64,000 nucleotides of DNA from an uncultured Defluviitaleaceae bacterium (GTDB lineage: Bacteria; Bacillota; Clostridia; Lachnospirales; WRBF01). Position 1 is the first letter of the stretch. The number at the start of each line of letters is the position of its first letter. The DNA is taken from assembly GCA_964468805.1 (NCBI GenBank), contig CAYXWM010000003.1, positions 33,303 to 97,302 of the forward strand, written 5' to 3'. Below are positions 1 to 9,698 of this stretch, one piece after another. The position numbers were made by a program, and so were the translations under genes. Under the pieces are notes generated by a model. The model was not told where the DNA came from. It worked only from the letters and a program-made list of their open reading frames with translations, and did not search any database.

Positions 1-2
1 AC

Positions 3-1286
3 AGAGACAACGAAGACGAAGAATTTAGACTTGTGGCAACCTATGATTTCACCGCTTCCGTAAATCCCATTATGTTTGCGGAAGATAATAAAACGGTTTA
101 TGCCCTTTCTAATGTAAACAGAAACACATCGGCTCTGGTAAAAATCAACCCTGCCACAGGTAAGGAAAAAGAACTGATATTCAAAAATGATAAGGTTGAT
201 ATTTCAGGAATTTCATCGGGAATGAAACCCGGAACTTTAGGTGCTGTTTTTTACTACACGGACAAAAACAACATAGTGTTTTTGGATGATGAATTGAAAA
301 AGCTTTATCAAGAATGTCAAAAGATATTAAATACAGATGCCCCCATTTCCATGAGAAATCTGTCAGAAAATATGAATATTGCCATAATCGGTACGTACAG
401 TGACGTCAACCGAGGTTTGACTTACCTTTATGATCGCAAAAAAGGAAAACTTGAGTTGCTTTCCGATGCCAATACCGTCAATACCAAAGATTTGGCTCAA
501 ATGCTGCCCATATCCTATAAATCAAGAGACGGATTGGTTATTCACGGATACTTAACTATCCCCAAAAATACCAAACCTTATAATTTACCTGTAATAGTTA
601 ACCCTCATGGCGGACCCTGGGCAAGAGATTACTGGGGATATAACACAGAGGTTCAGTATTTGGCAAACAGAGGTTATGCGGTTTTGCAAATTAATTTCAG
701 AGGTTCTGTGGGTTACGGAAAGAAATTTATGTCCGCAGGATTTAAACAATGGGGTCTTAATATGCAAAACGACATTACCGACGGCGTTGAGTGGCTTAAA
801 TCCATAGGTCTTGCCAACCCGGATAAAATCGGTATATACGGCGGTTCTTACGGCGGCTATGCTACTCTTGCAGGTATAACCTTTACTCCCGATTTATACG
901 CTGCTGCCGTTGATTACGTTGGTGTATCCAACCTGTTTACTTTCCTTGACACTATTCCTCCTTATTGGGAAGGTATGAGAGAGCAATTATATGCAATGGT
1001 GGGCAACCCCGAAACAGACAAGGAACAATTTGAAGCCACATCTCCCGTTTTGCATGTAGATAAAATAAAAACTCCTCTTTTTATTGCTCAAGGTGCAAAT
1101 GACCCAAGGGTAAACAAGGCTGAATCCGACCAAATGGTTAAGGCACTTAAAGACAGAGGAATCGAAGTTGAATACATGGTTAAAGATAATGAAGGCCACG
1201 GTTTTTCAAACTTTGAGAACCAATTGGACTTTTATAAAAAAATGGAGCAATTCTTTGCTGAACATCTAGGCGGCAGAACTAACTAA
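3..1286 (+). CDS. S9 family serine peptidase (prolyl oligopeptidase / acylaminoacyl-peptidase type), 5' end outside window
   Basis: Frame is open from nt 3 with no stop before the tracked ORF at 33. The alpha/beta-hydrolase catalytic half carries the GGSYGG nucleophile elbow, HGGPWARD and a C-terminal NEGHGF motif. Confidence 0.8.
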   Translation, partial: RDNEDEEFRLVATYDFTASVNPIMFAEDNKTVYALSNVNRNTSALVKINPATGKEKELIFKNDKVDISGISSGMKPGTLGAVFYYTDKNNIVFLDDELKKLYQECQKILNTDAPISMRNLSENMNIAIIGTYSDVNRGLTYLYDRKKGKLELLSDANTVNTKDLAQMLPISYKSRDGLVIHGYLTIPKNTKPYNLPVIVNPHGGPWARDYWGYNTEVQYLANRGYAVLQINFRGSVGYGKKFMSAGFKQWGLNMQNDITDGVEWLKSIGLANPDKIGIYGGSYGGYATLAGITFTPDLYAAAVDYVGVSNLFTFLDTIPPYWEGMREQLYAMVGNPETDKEQFEATSPVLHVDKIKTPLFIAQGANDPRVNKAESDQMVKALKDRGIEVEYMVKDNEGHGFSNFENQLDFYKKMEQFFAEHLGGRTN

Positions 1287-1337
1287 TTTATTCGCTCCTT
1301 CAAGTATGTACGACTAACAATTATTAATATAGGAAAT

Positions 1338-1386
1338 AAAAAGCTTATGAGGATTATGTTGTTACAAACTCATAAGCTTTTTATTT
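1338..1386 (+). terminator. intrinsic terminator after the S9 peptidase gene
   Basis: Stem AAAAGCTTATGAG / CTCATAAGCTTTT followed by a T-rich run. Confidence 0.7.
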
Positions 1387-1519
1387 GAACCGTTGATACA
1401 AATTCCAATATAAAAAGTTTAACTCCGGCTATAAAAGCTTTTAAAGCCGGACATATCATGTTATACTAAACACGCAAATACCAGAAAAGAGGCAATACGC
1501 CTTAGAAAGATATGATTAT

Positions 1520-2641
1520 ATGAATAATTTACTAACAATTTCCTGTCCCTGTTTATTTGGTCTGGAAAGTATACTCTCATTTGAAGTCAAAAAAATCGGC
1601 GGAACCGATGTAGTTGTAACCGACGGCAGAGTTACCTTTAAAGGCGATGCTTCCATGATTGCAAAGGCAAGCCTATGGCTTCGCACAGCCGAAAGGGTAC
1701 AAATTATTTTGGGAAGCTTTGAAGCAAAAACCTTCGACCAACTGTTTGAGGGTGTAGCCGCACTGAATTTAGAGGATTTTATCGGACCGGATGATGCGTT
1801 TCCCGTTAAGGGATGGTCTGTTAATTCACAACTTTTCAGCATATCGGACTGCCAGTCTATCATTAAAAAAGCAGCTGTTAAGCGGTTGAGCAGCAAATAC
1901 GGCATTAGTTGGTTTGAAGAGACAGGCGACGTTTATCAATTGCAGTTTTCCATACACAAAGATATTGCAACCATAATGATAGACACAACCGGCTCGGGTC
2001 TTCATAAACGTGGTTACCGCAGAATTTCCAACGAAGCTCCCATTAAGGAGACTTTAGCCGCCGGTATAATCGACCTTGCCAGAATACGCTCCGACAGCGT
2101 AGTATTTGACCCTATGTGCGGCTCCGGTACTTTTTTGATAGAAAGTGCCATGCACGCCATGAACATAGCACCGGGCTTACGCCGCCGTTTTGTCTGTGAA
2201 GATTGGGCTATGTTTGACAATAATATATTTAAGACAGCCCGTTCCGAAGCAATGGATGCAGTTAAGCGTGATGCTTCTTTTATGGCATACGGTTCGGATT
2301 GTGATGAAAATTCGGTTCGCTTAACCTTGGAAAACGCAAAAATAGCCGGTATTCCCAAGCGGATAAAGGCTATAAAGGCGGATATAAGTGAGTTTAAAGT
2401 TACTGAACCAAAAGCCGTGGTGTTCTGCAACCCTCCTTACGGCGAGCGTATGCTTGAAGTCCAAGAAGCCGAGGAACTATACCGCCTTATGGGAAAAGTG
2501 TTTGAGCGCAGAAATGGTCTGAATTATTATATTATCAGTGCTCACGAGGAATTTGAAAAGAAATTCGGTAGAAAAGCCGATAAAAGACGTAAGCTTTACA
2601 ACGGTATGATAAGATGTCAGTTGTTTATGTACTTTAAATAA
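1520..2641 (+). CDS. THUMP-domain class I SAM-dependent RNA methyltransferase (RlmL/YpsC-like)
   Basis: 373 aa. N-terminal THUMP-like region, SAM-binding DPMCGSGTF and the NPPYGER catalytic motif. Confidence 0.8.
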   Translation: MNNLLTISCPCLFGLESILSFEVKKIGGTDVVVTDGRVTFKGDASMIAKASLWLRTAERVQIILGSFEAKTFDQLFEGVAALNLEDFIGPDDAFPVKGWSVNSQLFSISDCQSIIKKAAVKRLSSKYGISWFEETGDVYQLQFSIHKDIATIMIDTTGSGLHKRGYRRISNEAPIKETLAAGIIDLARIRSDSVVFDPMCGSGTFLIESAMHAMNIAPGLRRRFVCEDWAMFDNNIFKTARSEAMDAVKRDASFMAYGSDCDENSVRLTLENAKIAGIPKRIKAIKADISEFKVTEPKAVVFCNPPYGERMLEVQEAEELYRLMGKVFERRNGLNYYIISAHEEFEKKFGRKADKRRKLYNGMIRCQLFMYFK

Positions 2642-2742
2642 GGTTAAATATTATTTATTCGTAACAGTCTTACAAGCCTTTTTATTAACAGGGATAACAA
2701 GATACACATTGTATGAACGTTATAAGATGTTTCGGAGGAAAA

Positions 2743-3447
2743 ATGATTGTAAAAAATATTGAAATAAGCAATATACCCGCTGTTCTGTGGGGAGAAAAAA
2801 GTTCGAAAATAATTATCGCCGTACACGGAGATATGTCTTCAAAGACCGATGTTCCCATTGCTGTTTTGGCGGAAGAAACCGTACCACACGGCTTTCAAGT
2901 TCTGAGCTTTGATTTGCCGGAACATGGTGACAGAAAAAACGAACTGACCCTTTGTAAGGTTGAAGAATGCGTTTCTGAATTGAAAAAGATTATGGACTTT
3001 GCAAAATTACAAGCAGATTCAATTTCCTTAACAGCAATAAGTCTGGGAGCATATTTCAGCTTGCTTGCATATAAAGACGAAAATATAAAGCAATGCTTAT
3101 TTCTTTCACCTGTTGTAAATATGGAAAGAATTATAAAAAACATGATGGATTGGTTCGGAATATCGGAAGAACAGCTTTACAAAGATAAGGAAATAGCCAC
3201 ACCCATAGGCAAAACCCTATATTGGGACTACTACTGTTACGTGAAAAACAATCCCATTGAAAAATGGAATGCACCAACCTCAATTCTTTACGGCAAAAAG
3301 GACAACATTTGCGAGTATGAAATAATCTACGACTTTTCCCAAAGGTTTCAATGTAAATTAAATATATCCGAGAATTCCGAACATTATTTTCATAAGGAAG
3401 AAGATTTAAAAATCTATCGAGAAGAGATTAGGAAAAGCTTCTCGTAA
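2743..3447 (+). CDS. alpha/beta hydrolase
   Basis: Start moved to the ATG at 2743, 4 nt after GGAGG. HG oxyanion motif (AVHGD), a nucleophile-elbow-like AISLGAY, and overall alpha/beta hydrolase length. Confidence 0.6.
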   Translation: MIVKNIEISNIPAVLWGEKSSKIIIAVHGDMSSKTDVPIAVLAEETVPHGFQVLSFDLPEHGDRKNELTLCKVEECVSELKKIMDFAKLQADSISLTAISLGAYFSLLAYKDENIKQCLFLSPVVNMERIIKNMMDWFGISEEQLYKDKEIATPIGKTLYWDYYCYVKNNPIEKWNAPTSILYGKKDNICEYEIIYDFSQRFQCKLNISENSEHYFHKEEDLKIYREEIRKSFS

Positions 3448-3488
3448 AAAGTACAACCGGTGCCGAATAGCTGATTTGTTTCAAACCA

Positions 3489-3521
3489 CAAAAAAACCGC
3501 CTTTTAAAGGGCGGTTTTTTG
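3489..3521. terminator. bidirectional intrinsic terminator between convergent genes
   Basis: AAAAAACCGCC ... GGGCGGTTTTTT, a GC stem flanked by an A-run and a T-run. Confidence 0.75.
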
Positions 3522-4793
3522 TTATACTTCAGCTGCACTGACATTTGTTTTGTAATTTTTATATTTCTTAAACACTCGTTTGGACTGTAAAGCTATTAAA
3601 GCTGAAATACCGCCTGCCAGCAGAACAATAAAATGCCTTTGATTAACAAATGCATCAAAAAGCATTCCGTACATAGATTGACCTAAGGGTTGGGCACAAA
3701 GAATTAAAGCCAGTATCAACGAGATAACCTTTCCGATCAATTCCGGAGGTGTTTCGGCTTGCATGAAGGTAAGCATTTGTATTCCCACTATAGAACTTAA
3801 TCCCATTAAGCAAAAGCAGGAAACGGTTATAACCACATAACAAACAAACGGTGGCAATCCCAGTACAAAAACCAATCCTACCGGCAACAAAAGTAAGGAA
3901 CTCAAAAGCAGAAACAGGTAAACCTTATGTATCATAAGTTTATTTGCAAAAACTCCGGTAAGGATACCTCCACACAAAGCACCGGCAGCCATTGCGGCTT
4001 GAGTAATTCCGTATTCTATATCGGGCATCCCAAGAGTTTGGGTAACCAATACAGGTATTGCAACAAGAAGCAAGGAACTGAAAAACAAATTATATCCTAA
4101 AAAAATAGATACAGTTTTTATAAATATGGGATTATCTTTGGCAATAAAATTAAAGCTGTCTTTCATATCCTGCTTTACAATGTCCAAAATATTTTGTTTT
4201 TCTCGGGATTTCACATGAGGCATTTTTATAAATAATTCCATTACAGCAGAAACAAAGAATGCTATTATTCCCAAAATCAAAACGGGATTAAGCCCCCACG
4301 TAGAAAACAAGGAGCCTCCTATTAAGGGTGCCAGCAAGTTGGAAGCGGCGTTTACTTGATTTATTATAGAATTGGCAGAAAGCAAATTCTCTTTTGTAGC
4401 CAACAAAGGCATACTTGCCTGTACTGTAGGTTGATAAGCGCCTTGTATTCCGTAAAGTGTCATAAGGGTAACGGTAAATAAAATTACCAGATCCACCTTA
4501 CCCAACAAGATGAAAAACGCTGTTATCAAAGCTGCCGTAAGAAAATCCAATATAACCATAACGTTTCTTTTATTAACCCTGTCGGCTATTATACCACCTA
4601 CGGGTGTTAAAATTATCATAGGTATAAATGAAAAAGCAGCGGTTATCCCGAATAAAGCCGCCGAACCGGTAACCTTTAACAAATAAAGAGGCAGGGCAAA
4701 CCTAATTATTCCGTTACCGAAAAGCGAAATAATTTGCCCTATTACAACCAGCGTAAAATTTCTGTTCCACAATTTTTCAATATTCAATAACAT
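3522..4793 (-). CDS. MFS transporter (drug/siderophore-exporter-like)
   Basis: 423 aa, about 12 predicted TM helices, MFS loop motif GGIIADRVNKRNV between TM2 and TM3. Confidence 0.75.
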   Translation of the reverse strand: MLLNIEKLWNRNFTLVVIGQIISLFGNGIIRFALPLYLLKVTGSAALFGITAAFSFIPMIILTPVGGIIADRVNKRNVMVILDFLTAALITAFFILLGKVDLVILFTVTLMTLYGIQGAYQPTVQASMPLLATKENLLSANSIINQVNAASNLLAPLIGGSLFSTWGLNPVLILGIIAFFVSAVMELFIKMPHVKSREKQNILDIVKQDMKDSFNFIAKDNPIFIKTVSIFLGYNLFFSSLLLVAIPVLVTQTLGMPDIEYGITQAAMAAGALCGGILTGVFANKLMIHKVYLFLLLSSLLLLPVGLVFVLGLPPFVCYVVITVSCFCLMGLSSIVGIQMLTFMQAETPPELIGKVISLILALILCAQPLGQSMYGMLFDAFVNQRHFIVLLAGGISALIALQSKRVFKKYKNYKTNVSAAEV

Positions 4794-5071
4794 ACCTCCG
4801 TCAATTAAGTTTAGTTGAAAAATGGTCTTTTTAATTAAAATTTAGACATACCAAAAGTAATGCTGTCACTGAATCAAGTTTACGAAGGACGCCTAATGAA
4901 CATATTTGTTGTTCTAATGAATTATACTCAATATTTTTTACAATGCAAGTAAATTTTTAAACCTTGCAGAAAAAATGAGTATATACGTAATATTAGAGGC
5001 AGTTCTGTTGATGGCATTTTTCCACATGTAAACAAAGAGGGAACGCCCTTGATGCATAGAATTTTTTTATA

Positions 5072-5206
5072 TACACTCAATTGCATAAGGAATAGTGACA
5101 AAAGATATTCTTCATAAACGGTTCACTCTTGTGTTTATGAAAAAAACGCCGGTCGCTCACCATTACCAATAAACGTTTTTGTTACTACTTAACTCGAAAT
5201 TAAGTA
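5072..5206. repeat. family-1 MITE-like palindromic repeat, copy A (most diverged)
   Basis: Aligns end to end with copies at 13708, 18461, 56422, 56559 and 62529. Termini are TACACTCAATT / AATTAAGTA, each abutting TA. Confidence 0.8.
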
Positions 5207-5286
5207 TACATCTGATAACAAATAGAATCATAGGCAGAATTTTTACTCGAATTTTACTGTACTTGGTCATATTTTACGAAAATAAG

Positions 5287-5315
5287 TTGACTTTTTGCAG
5301 TTATGTGAATATAAT
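5287..5315 (+). promoter_or_regulatory. sigma-A type promoter for the small membrane protein-lgt pair
   Basis: TTGACT, 17-nt spacer, TATAAT, about 45 nt upstream of the start at 5361. Confidence 0.55.
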
Positions 5316-5360
5316 ATGTATAAAATTAATAAAAGTAAAATTTGAGAGGAGAAACGAATA

Positions 5361-5618
5361 ATGGCAGTTGCTTCAATGGTGTTAGGTATTGTTGCATTGG
5401 TATTTTTGTTTATACCCGGCGTAAACCTTCTGGGAATAATTGTTGCCATAGTTGGACTTGTACTTGGTGTAATCGCAAGAAAATCACCTGAAAACAGGGG
5501 TATGGCCACAGCCGGTATGGTATGTTCCATAATATCCTTGGCTATATGTACGGCAGCATGGATCGCTTGTCTTATGTGTTACGGTTCCATAGCAAGCAGA
5601 TTACCATTGTTGTATTGA
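5361..5618 (+). CDS. small integral membrane protein (DUF4190-like)
   Basis: 85 aa with two or three hydrophobic helices. N-terminal MAVASMVLGIVALVFLFIPG pattern is typical of DUF4190-type proteins. RBS GAGAGGAG. Confidence 0.6.
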   Translation: MAVASMVLGIVALVFLFIPGVNLLGIIVAIVGLVLGVIARKSPENRGMATAGMVCSIISLAICTAAWIACLMCYGSIASRLPLLY

Positions 5619-5655
5619 TTTTTTACGCTCATAAAACATGACAAGGAAATGATAA

Positions 5656-6441
5656 ATGTTATCTTATGTTTCTGTGTTTGGTCTTACCTTGCCTGCCTAT
5701 GGTTTAGCTGTAACTATAAGCTGGCTTTTGGGCGGTTACGTTGCCGTTAGAATAGCAAAGCAGCATAAGTTAGACGAAAATGACACTATATTAATACTGA
5801 TTTATTCAACAATAATCGGTTTTATCGGCGCTAAAATTTTGTTTTTAATAACGGTTTTACCTCAAGTGATTTATCTCTTACATAATGATCCCAACCTGTT
5901 TTTTGAAAACTTAATTAATAGCGGTTTTGTTTATTACGGCGGCGTTATAGGCGGAATTTTCGGTGCTTGGCTTTGTTCAAAGATTCACAAAATAAAGTTA
6001 CTTCCCCATATTTCTTCTATAATCGTAGCTTTGCCCTTGGCACATGCCATCGGTAGGGTTGGCTGTTTTTTGGTGGGTTGCTGTTACGGATTGGAAAACC
6101 ATGATTTTGGCATAATCTATCATGCGTCTCCGGTTGCTCCAAATAATATTCCTCTGTTGCCTGTTCAATTGTATGAATCATTTTTTAATCTCATACTCTT
6201 TGCAGTACTTTATCGAATATCAAAAAGAGCAAAATCCTACGATTCAACCATCTTGGTTTATGTGTATTCCTATGCAGTCATAAGATTCTTTTTGGAATTT
6301 TTACGTTTTGATTCTTCAAGAGGTAATATAGCAGGGCTTTATACTTCTCAATGGATTTCAGTAGGTCTGGTGATTTGCTGTTTGTTGTATCAGTTTTTAT
6401 TGCCGAGACTGTTTTTAAGACGTAATAATACAGATAAATAA
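5656..6441 (+). CDS. lgt: prolipoprotein diacylglyceryl transferase
   Basis: 261 aa polytopic membrane protein with the Lgt signature GRVGCFLVGCCYG and conserved Y/R residues. Confidence 0.85.
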   Translation: MLSYVSVFGLTLPAYGLAVTISWLLGGYVAVRIAKQHKLDENDTILILIYSTIIGFIGAKILFLITVLPQVIYLLHNDPNLFFENLINSGFVYYGGVIGGIFGAWLCSKIHKIKLLPHISSIIVALPLAHAIGRVGCFLVGCCYGLENHDFGIIYHASPVAPNNIPLLPVQLYESFFNLILFAVLYRISKRAKSYDSTILVYVYSYAVIRFFLEFLRFDSSRGNIAGLYTSQWISVGLVICCLLYQFLLPRLFLRRNNTDK

Positions 6442-6444
6442 AAC

Positions 6445-6490
6445 AAAAAGCTTACAACCATAGTTTATTGGCAGTAAGCTTTTCTTGTTT
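6445..6490. terminator. bidirectional terminator between lgt and the S41 peptidase gene
   Basis: AAAAAGCTTAC ... GTAAGCTTTT stem with flanking A/T runs. Confidence 0.65.
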
Positions 6491-6513
6491 TATATTTGTA
6501 TTTTAAAATACAT

Positions 6514-7710
6514 TTAAGATACCGACAGTTTTTTACGAATCACATCAACCGCTTTTGAAAGCTGAACATCTTCTTCGATTGGTAGGGTGGCTATTTGTAG
6601 ACTCAGTTCTTCGGACATTTCTACAACATGGTCAGGTACGATACCTATTTTGTTTATGCAAACACCGCTGGGGGTATAGTATTTAGCTATGGTTACTTTA
6701 ACTCCGGAGCCGTCGGTCAGAGGATATAAGGCTTGAACCAAACCCTTGCCGAATGTTTTCTCGCCGACCAAAATTCCTGCTTTCAAGTCCTTAACGGCTC
6801 CTGCCAAAACTTCCGAAGCAGAGGCTGAACTGCCGTTGACTATAACAGCCAAGGGAATATTTACGTGGTTTTCAGAGGAGTAAAAATAATTGGTGTTGCC
6901 TTGTTTATCTTCCGTATAAACTATTACTCCCTTGGGAACAAGAACGTCTGTTATTTTGGTAACCACATCCATAAGACCGCCCGGATTGTTTCGTAAATCC
7001 AAAATTAAGCCTTTTACCCTTTGTTTCATTAAATCTTCAAAAGCTACCATAAATTGCTTGTAAGATACTTCTTCGAAATTTGTCAGGCGTATATATCCAA
7101 TATCACCGTCTACTACCTTGTGGAATACTGTTGGTACATCTACAAGTTGCCTTACAACTTCCACATCAAAGGTTTTGCCTTCGCTTTCTCTTAATACCGT
7201 AATATTTACTGTAGTTCCCGGTTCGCCCTGCATCATGGCAACTGCTTCGCTGAGAGTATCTGCGAAAACTTCCATGCCGTTTATTTTCAGCAGAGAATCT
7301 TTTGGCTTTATTCCAGCCTTGGCAGCCGGAGAACCGTCAAAGGGAGCGATAACGGTGATACGGTTTGTTTTTCTGTTGGGAGCCACGAACAGGCCTATGC
7401 CGGCAAAGGAGCCTTTAATGTCTTGGACGAATTTTTTCATTCCGTTTTTATCCATGTAAGATGTATAAGGGTCACCAACGCCGTAAACCATACCCATATA
7501 CATTCCTTCTTCCAGAGCCCTTCTGTCAATATCGTCCACATAGTATCTGTCCAATATATCTTGAATTTCACTGACCTTTTGTTCCGGAGAAAGCTCTCCT
7601 CCGCCTAATCTTCTAACCAATGAAAAAAGATTGCTAAACGTTAGATTCAAAATAATTGTTATGGCAACGCCTATTGCAATTCCTTGAATCATGGTCTTCT
7701 TATTGCCCAT
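6514..7710 (-). CDS. S41 family C-terminal processing peptidase with PDZ domain
   Basis: 398 aa. N-terminal TM anchor, PDZ region, catalytic GSSASASE serine motif and TFGKG lysine motif. RBS GGAG. Confidence 0.85.
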   Translation of the reverse strand: MGNKKTMIQGIAIGVAITIILNLTFSNLFSLVRRLGGGELSPEQKVSEIQDILDRYYVDDIDRRALEEGMYMGMVYGVGDPYTSYMDKNGMKKFVQDIKGSFAGIGLFVAPNRKTNRITVIAPFDGSPAAKAGIKPKDSLLKINGMEVFADTLSEAVAMMQGEPGTTVNITVLRESEGKTFDVEVVRQLVDVPTVFHKVVDGDIGYIRLTNFEEVSYKQFMVAFEDLMKQRVKGLILDLRNNPGGLMDVVTKITDVLVPKGVIVYTEDKQGNTNYFYSSENHVNIPLAVIVNGSSASASEVLAGAVKDLKAGILVGEKTFGKGLVQALYPLTDGSGVKVTIAKYYTPSGVCINKIGIVPDHVVEMSEELSLQIATLPIEEDVQLSKAVDVIRKKLSVS

Positions 7711-8001
7711 TTTAACACTCCTTCATACAAATTGCGGGTCGGATTTTCCGGTTTAAGTTACAGAAATTAAACTGTAAATTCGTTTAACGGGCACCGGTGC
7801 CGGAGATATATAATTAATTTGTAAGACATATCTAATTCTATTAGCAAACTTGCTATATTATACCACTTTGTACTACAGAAACAAACACTTGCAAAAAAAT
7901 TTTTCTTGGGTAAAATAAAAGAAATACAACAATTTAAGAAATATGTTTTATATTGATTAATTATGGGAATAAATAAAGTCGAAAATATGTATAGTCATAC
8001 C

Positions 8002-8039
8002 GGTTCCATTTTTATCCCTCATTTTATATGGAATCAGTA
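8002..8039. repeat. family-2 repeat, 38-bp internally deleted derivative
   Basis: GGTTCCATTTT...TATCCCTCATTTTATATGGAATCAGTA matches both ends of the ~90-bp elements at 31783 and 56721 and lacks their middle. Confidence 0.6.
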
Positions 8040-8120
8040 TCAAATACATTTAACAATGATATACTCGATAAAAAAAGATTCTTACTGTTTGTGTATTTGT
8101 TTTAAATACAAAATTTTTAC

Positions 8121-8149
8121 TTGACACCCAAAATAAATCATGCTACAAT
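8121..8149 (+). promoter_or_regulatory. sigma-A promoter of the infC-rpmI-rplT operon
   Basis: TTGACA, 17-nt spacer, TACAAT, with extended -10 TGC. Confidence 0.7.
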
Positions 8150-8346
8150 CAATCATCAAGCAGAAGTGCCGCTTCTCACCTAATTGCCTATGGCTTTGGG
8201 TTACCGGGATATAAAGTTTTCTCGTATGTTGCAGTGGGGCTATGCCCTGCTTATTTTTTTGCCGAAACTTGGGCAGAAAAATTTTGGAAGCGGAACATTT
8301 ACATTTTTATATAATTTTTATTTATCTGTTTTGGAGGTGTTACACT
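8150..8346 (+). promoter_or_regulatory. infC operon 5' leader, likely L20-leader-type attenuator
   Basis: ~200-nt untranslated leader containing hairpin GCAGTGGGGCTATGCCCTGC followed by TTATTTTTTT (8231-8260). Firmicute infC operons are known to carry an L20-responsive leader. Confidence 0.45.
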
Positions 8347-8856
8347 ATTACCGAGTTAATGATCAATGAACAAATTCGTGATAAAGAAGTGCGACTTATA
8401 GATGCGGACGGAACCCAATTGGGTATCGTTTCCGGTAAGGAAGCACTCAGGCTTGCGGACGAAAAAAAGATGGACCTGGCGAAAATCTCGCCTACTGCGA
8501 AGCCTCCTGTATGTAAAATCATGGATTACAGCAAATATAAATTCGACCAAGCCAAGAAGGAGAAAGAGGCTCGTAAAAAACAAAAGAACGTTGAAATTAA
8601 AGAGTTGCGTCTTTCCCCAAACATCGATACCCATGACATAGAGGTAAAGGTGAAAAAGGCGGTGGAGTTTTTGCAAAAAGGCGATAAGGTAAAGGTTACC
8701 GTTCGCTTCAGAGGACGCGAAATGAGCCATACCGAAATAGCCTCTAAAATCCTTCACGAGTTTGCAGAATCTGTTTCAGATTATGGAGTAATAGAAAAAC
8801 CACCGAAAATGGAAGCCAGAAGTATGGCAATGTTTTTAACTCAGCGTCAAAATTGA
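8347..8856 (+). CDS. infC: translation initiation factor IF-3, probable ATT start
   Basis: Strong IF-3 similarity (INEQIR..VRLID.., KPPVCKIMDY). GGAGG at 8333-8337 lies 9 nt before an in-frame ATT at 8347. The first ATG (8359) is 21 nt from the SD. The ORF-track start at 8242 lies inside the leader. Confidence 0.85.
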   Translation: MTELMINEQIRDKEVRLIDADGTQLGIVSGKEALRLADEKKMDLAKISPTAKPPVCKIMDYSKYKFDQAKKEKEARKKQKNVEIKELRLSPNIDTHDIEVKVKKAVEFLQKGDKVKVTVRFRGREMSHTEIASKILHEFAESVSDYGVIEKPPKMEARSMAMFLTQRQN

Positions 8857-8880
8857 AATAACTTAAGGAGGGCATAAACT

Positions 8881-9078
8881 ATGCCGAAATTAAAAACTCG
8901 CAAAGCAGCAGCAAAACGCTTCACCTCAACAGCTTCAGGCAAGTTCAGATATGCTAAAGCCAACAAACAACATATCCTTGGCAAAAAAAGCTCAAGACGC
9001 AAAAGAAAACTTCGTATCAGAGGTATAGTTGACAAAACTAATCAAAAAGCAGTACAAAAAATGTTACCTTACGCCTAA
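8881..9078 (+). CDS. rpmI: 50S ribosomal protein L35
   Basis: 65 aa, [15 protein letters not shown]-terminus, RBS AAGGAGG. Confidence 0.95.
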   Translation: MPKLKTRKAAAKRFTSTASGKFRYAKANKQHILGKKSSRRKRKLRIRGIVDKTNQKAVQKMLPYA

Positions 9079-9163
9079 GAAGGGTATTTTGTCGAATAAT
9101 CGTTTTATATTGATATACAACTCACTACCTAAAGATACCCAAGTTTAAAGGAGGACTTTTTTT

Positions 9164-9517
9164 ATGGCACGAATCAAAGGGGCTATGAACGCCAAAAAGA
9201 AACATAAAAAGATATTAAAACTTGCCAAAGGCTTTAGAGGAGCAAGAAGCAAGCAATATAGAATCGCTAAACAATCCGTTATGCGTGCGTTGGCAAGTGC
9301 TTTTGCCGGTCGTAAGCAAACCAAACGTGAATACCGCAGACTTTGGATCACTCGTATCAATGCAGCGGCTCGTATCAACGGAATCTCTTACTCCAAATTA
9401 ATGAACGGCTTAAAATTGGCAGGAATCGCCATCAACAGAAAAATGCTGGCTGAATTGGCTGTTAATGATGCAAGTGCATTCTCCAACTTAGTAGAACAAG
9501 CTAAAGCAGCGAAATAA
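9164..9517 (+). CDS. rplT: 50S ribosomal protein L20
   Basis: 117 aa, [16 protein letters not shown]..., RBS AAAGGAGG. Confidence 0.95.
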   Translation: MARIKGAMNAKKKHKKILKLAKGFRGARSKQYRIAKQSVMRALASAFAGRKQTKREYRRLWITRINAAARINGISYSKLMNGLKLAGIAINRKMLAELAVNDASAFSNLVEQAKAAK

Positions 9518-9526
9518 TAACCCTAA

Positions 9527-9559
9527 AATCAAGCAGTGTAAGTTGCTTGATTTTTTTTA
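9527..9559 (+). terminator. intrinsic terminator after rplT
   Basis: ATCAAGCA / TGCTTGAT stem followed by T8. Confidence 0.8.
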
Positions 9560-9698
9560 TTTGAGCGGAATAGTCAAATAAATAGAAAACTTTTTTGTAG
9601 AATTACATTAAAATTCCTTTACTGTAATTCCTGCAAGTAATACTTCACTAATGTTGATTTACATACATAACATAAAATAAAAGTTAAGGGTGAGTGTT

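Noticed and set aside
7790-7801. Perfect 12-bp GC-rich palindrome GGCACCGGTGCC upstream of the S41 peptidase gene.
   Set aside because: It is a single isolated occurrence with no partner site or recognisable operator family. It is too short for a stable RNA hairpin because there is no loop.
8242-8346. Upstream ATG (8242) giving a 35-aa N-terminal extension to IF-3.
   Set aside because: The extension lies inside the leader and its terminator hairpin, has no SD, and is unlike any IF-3 N-terminus. The ATT at 8347 has ideal SD spacing.
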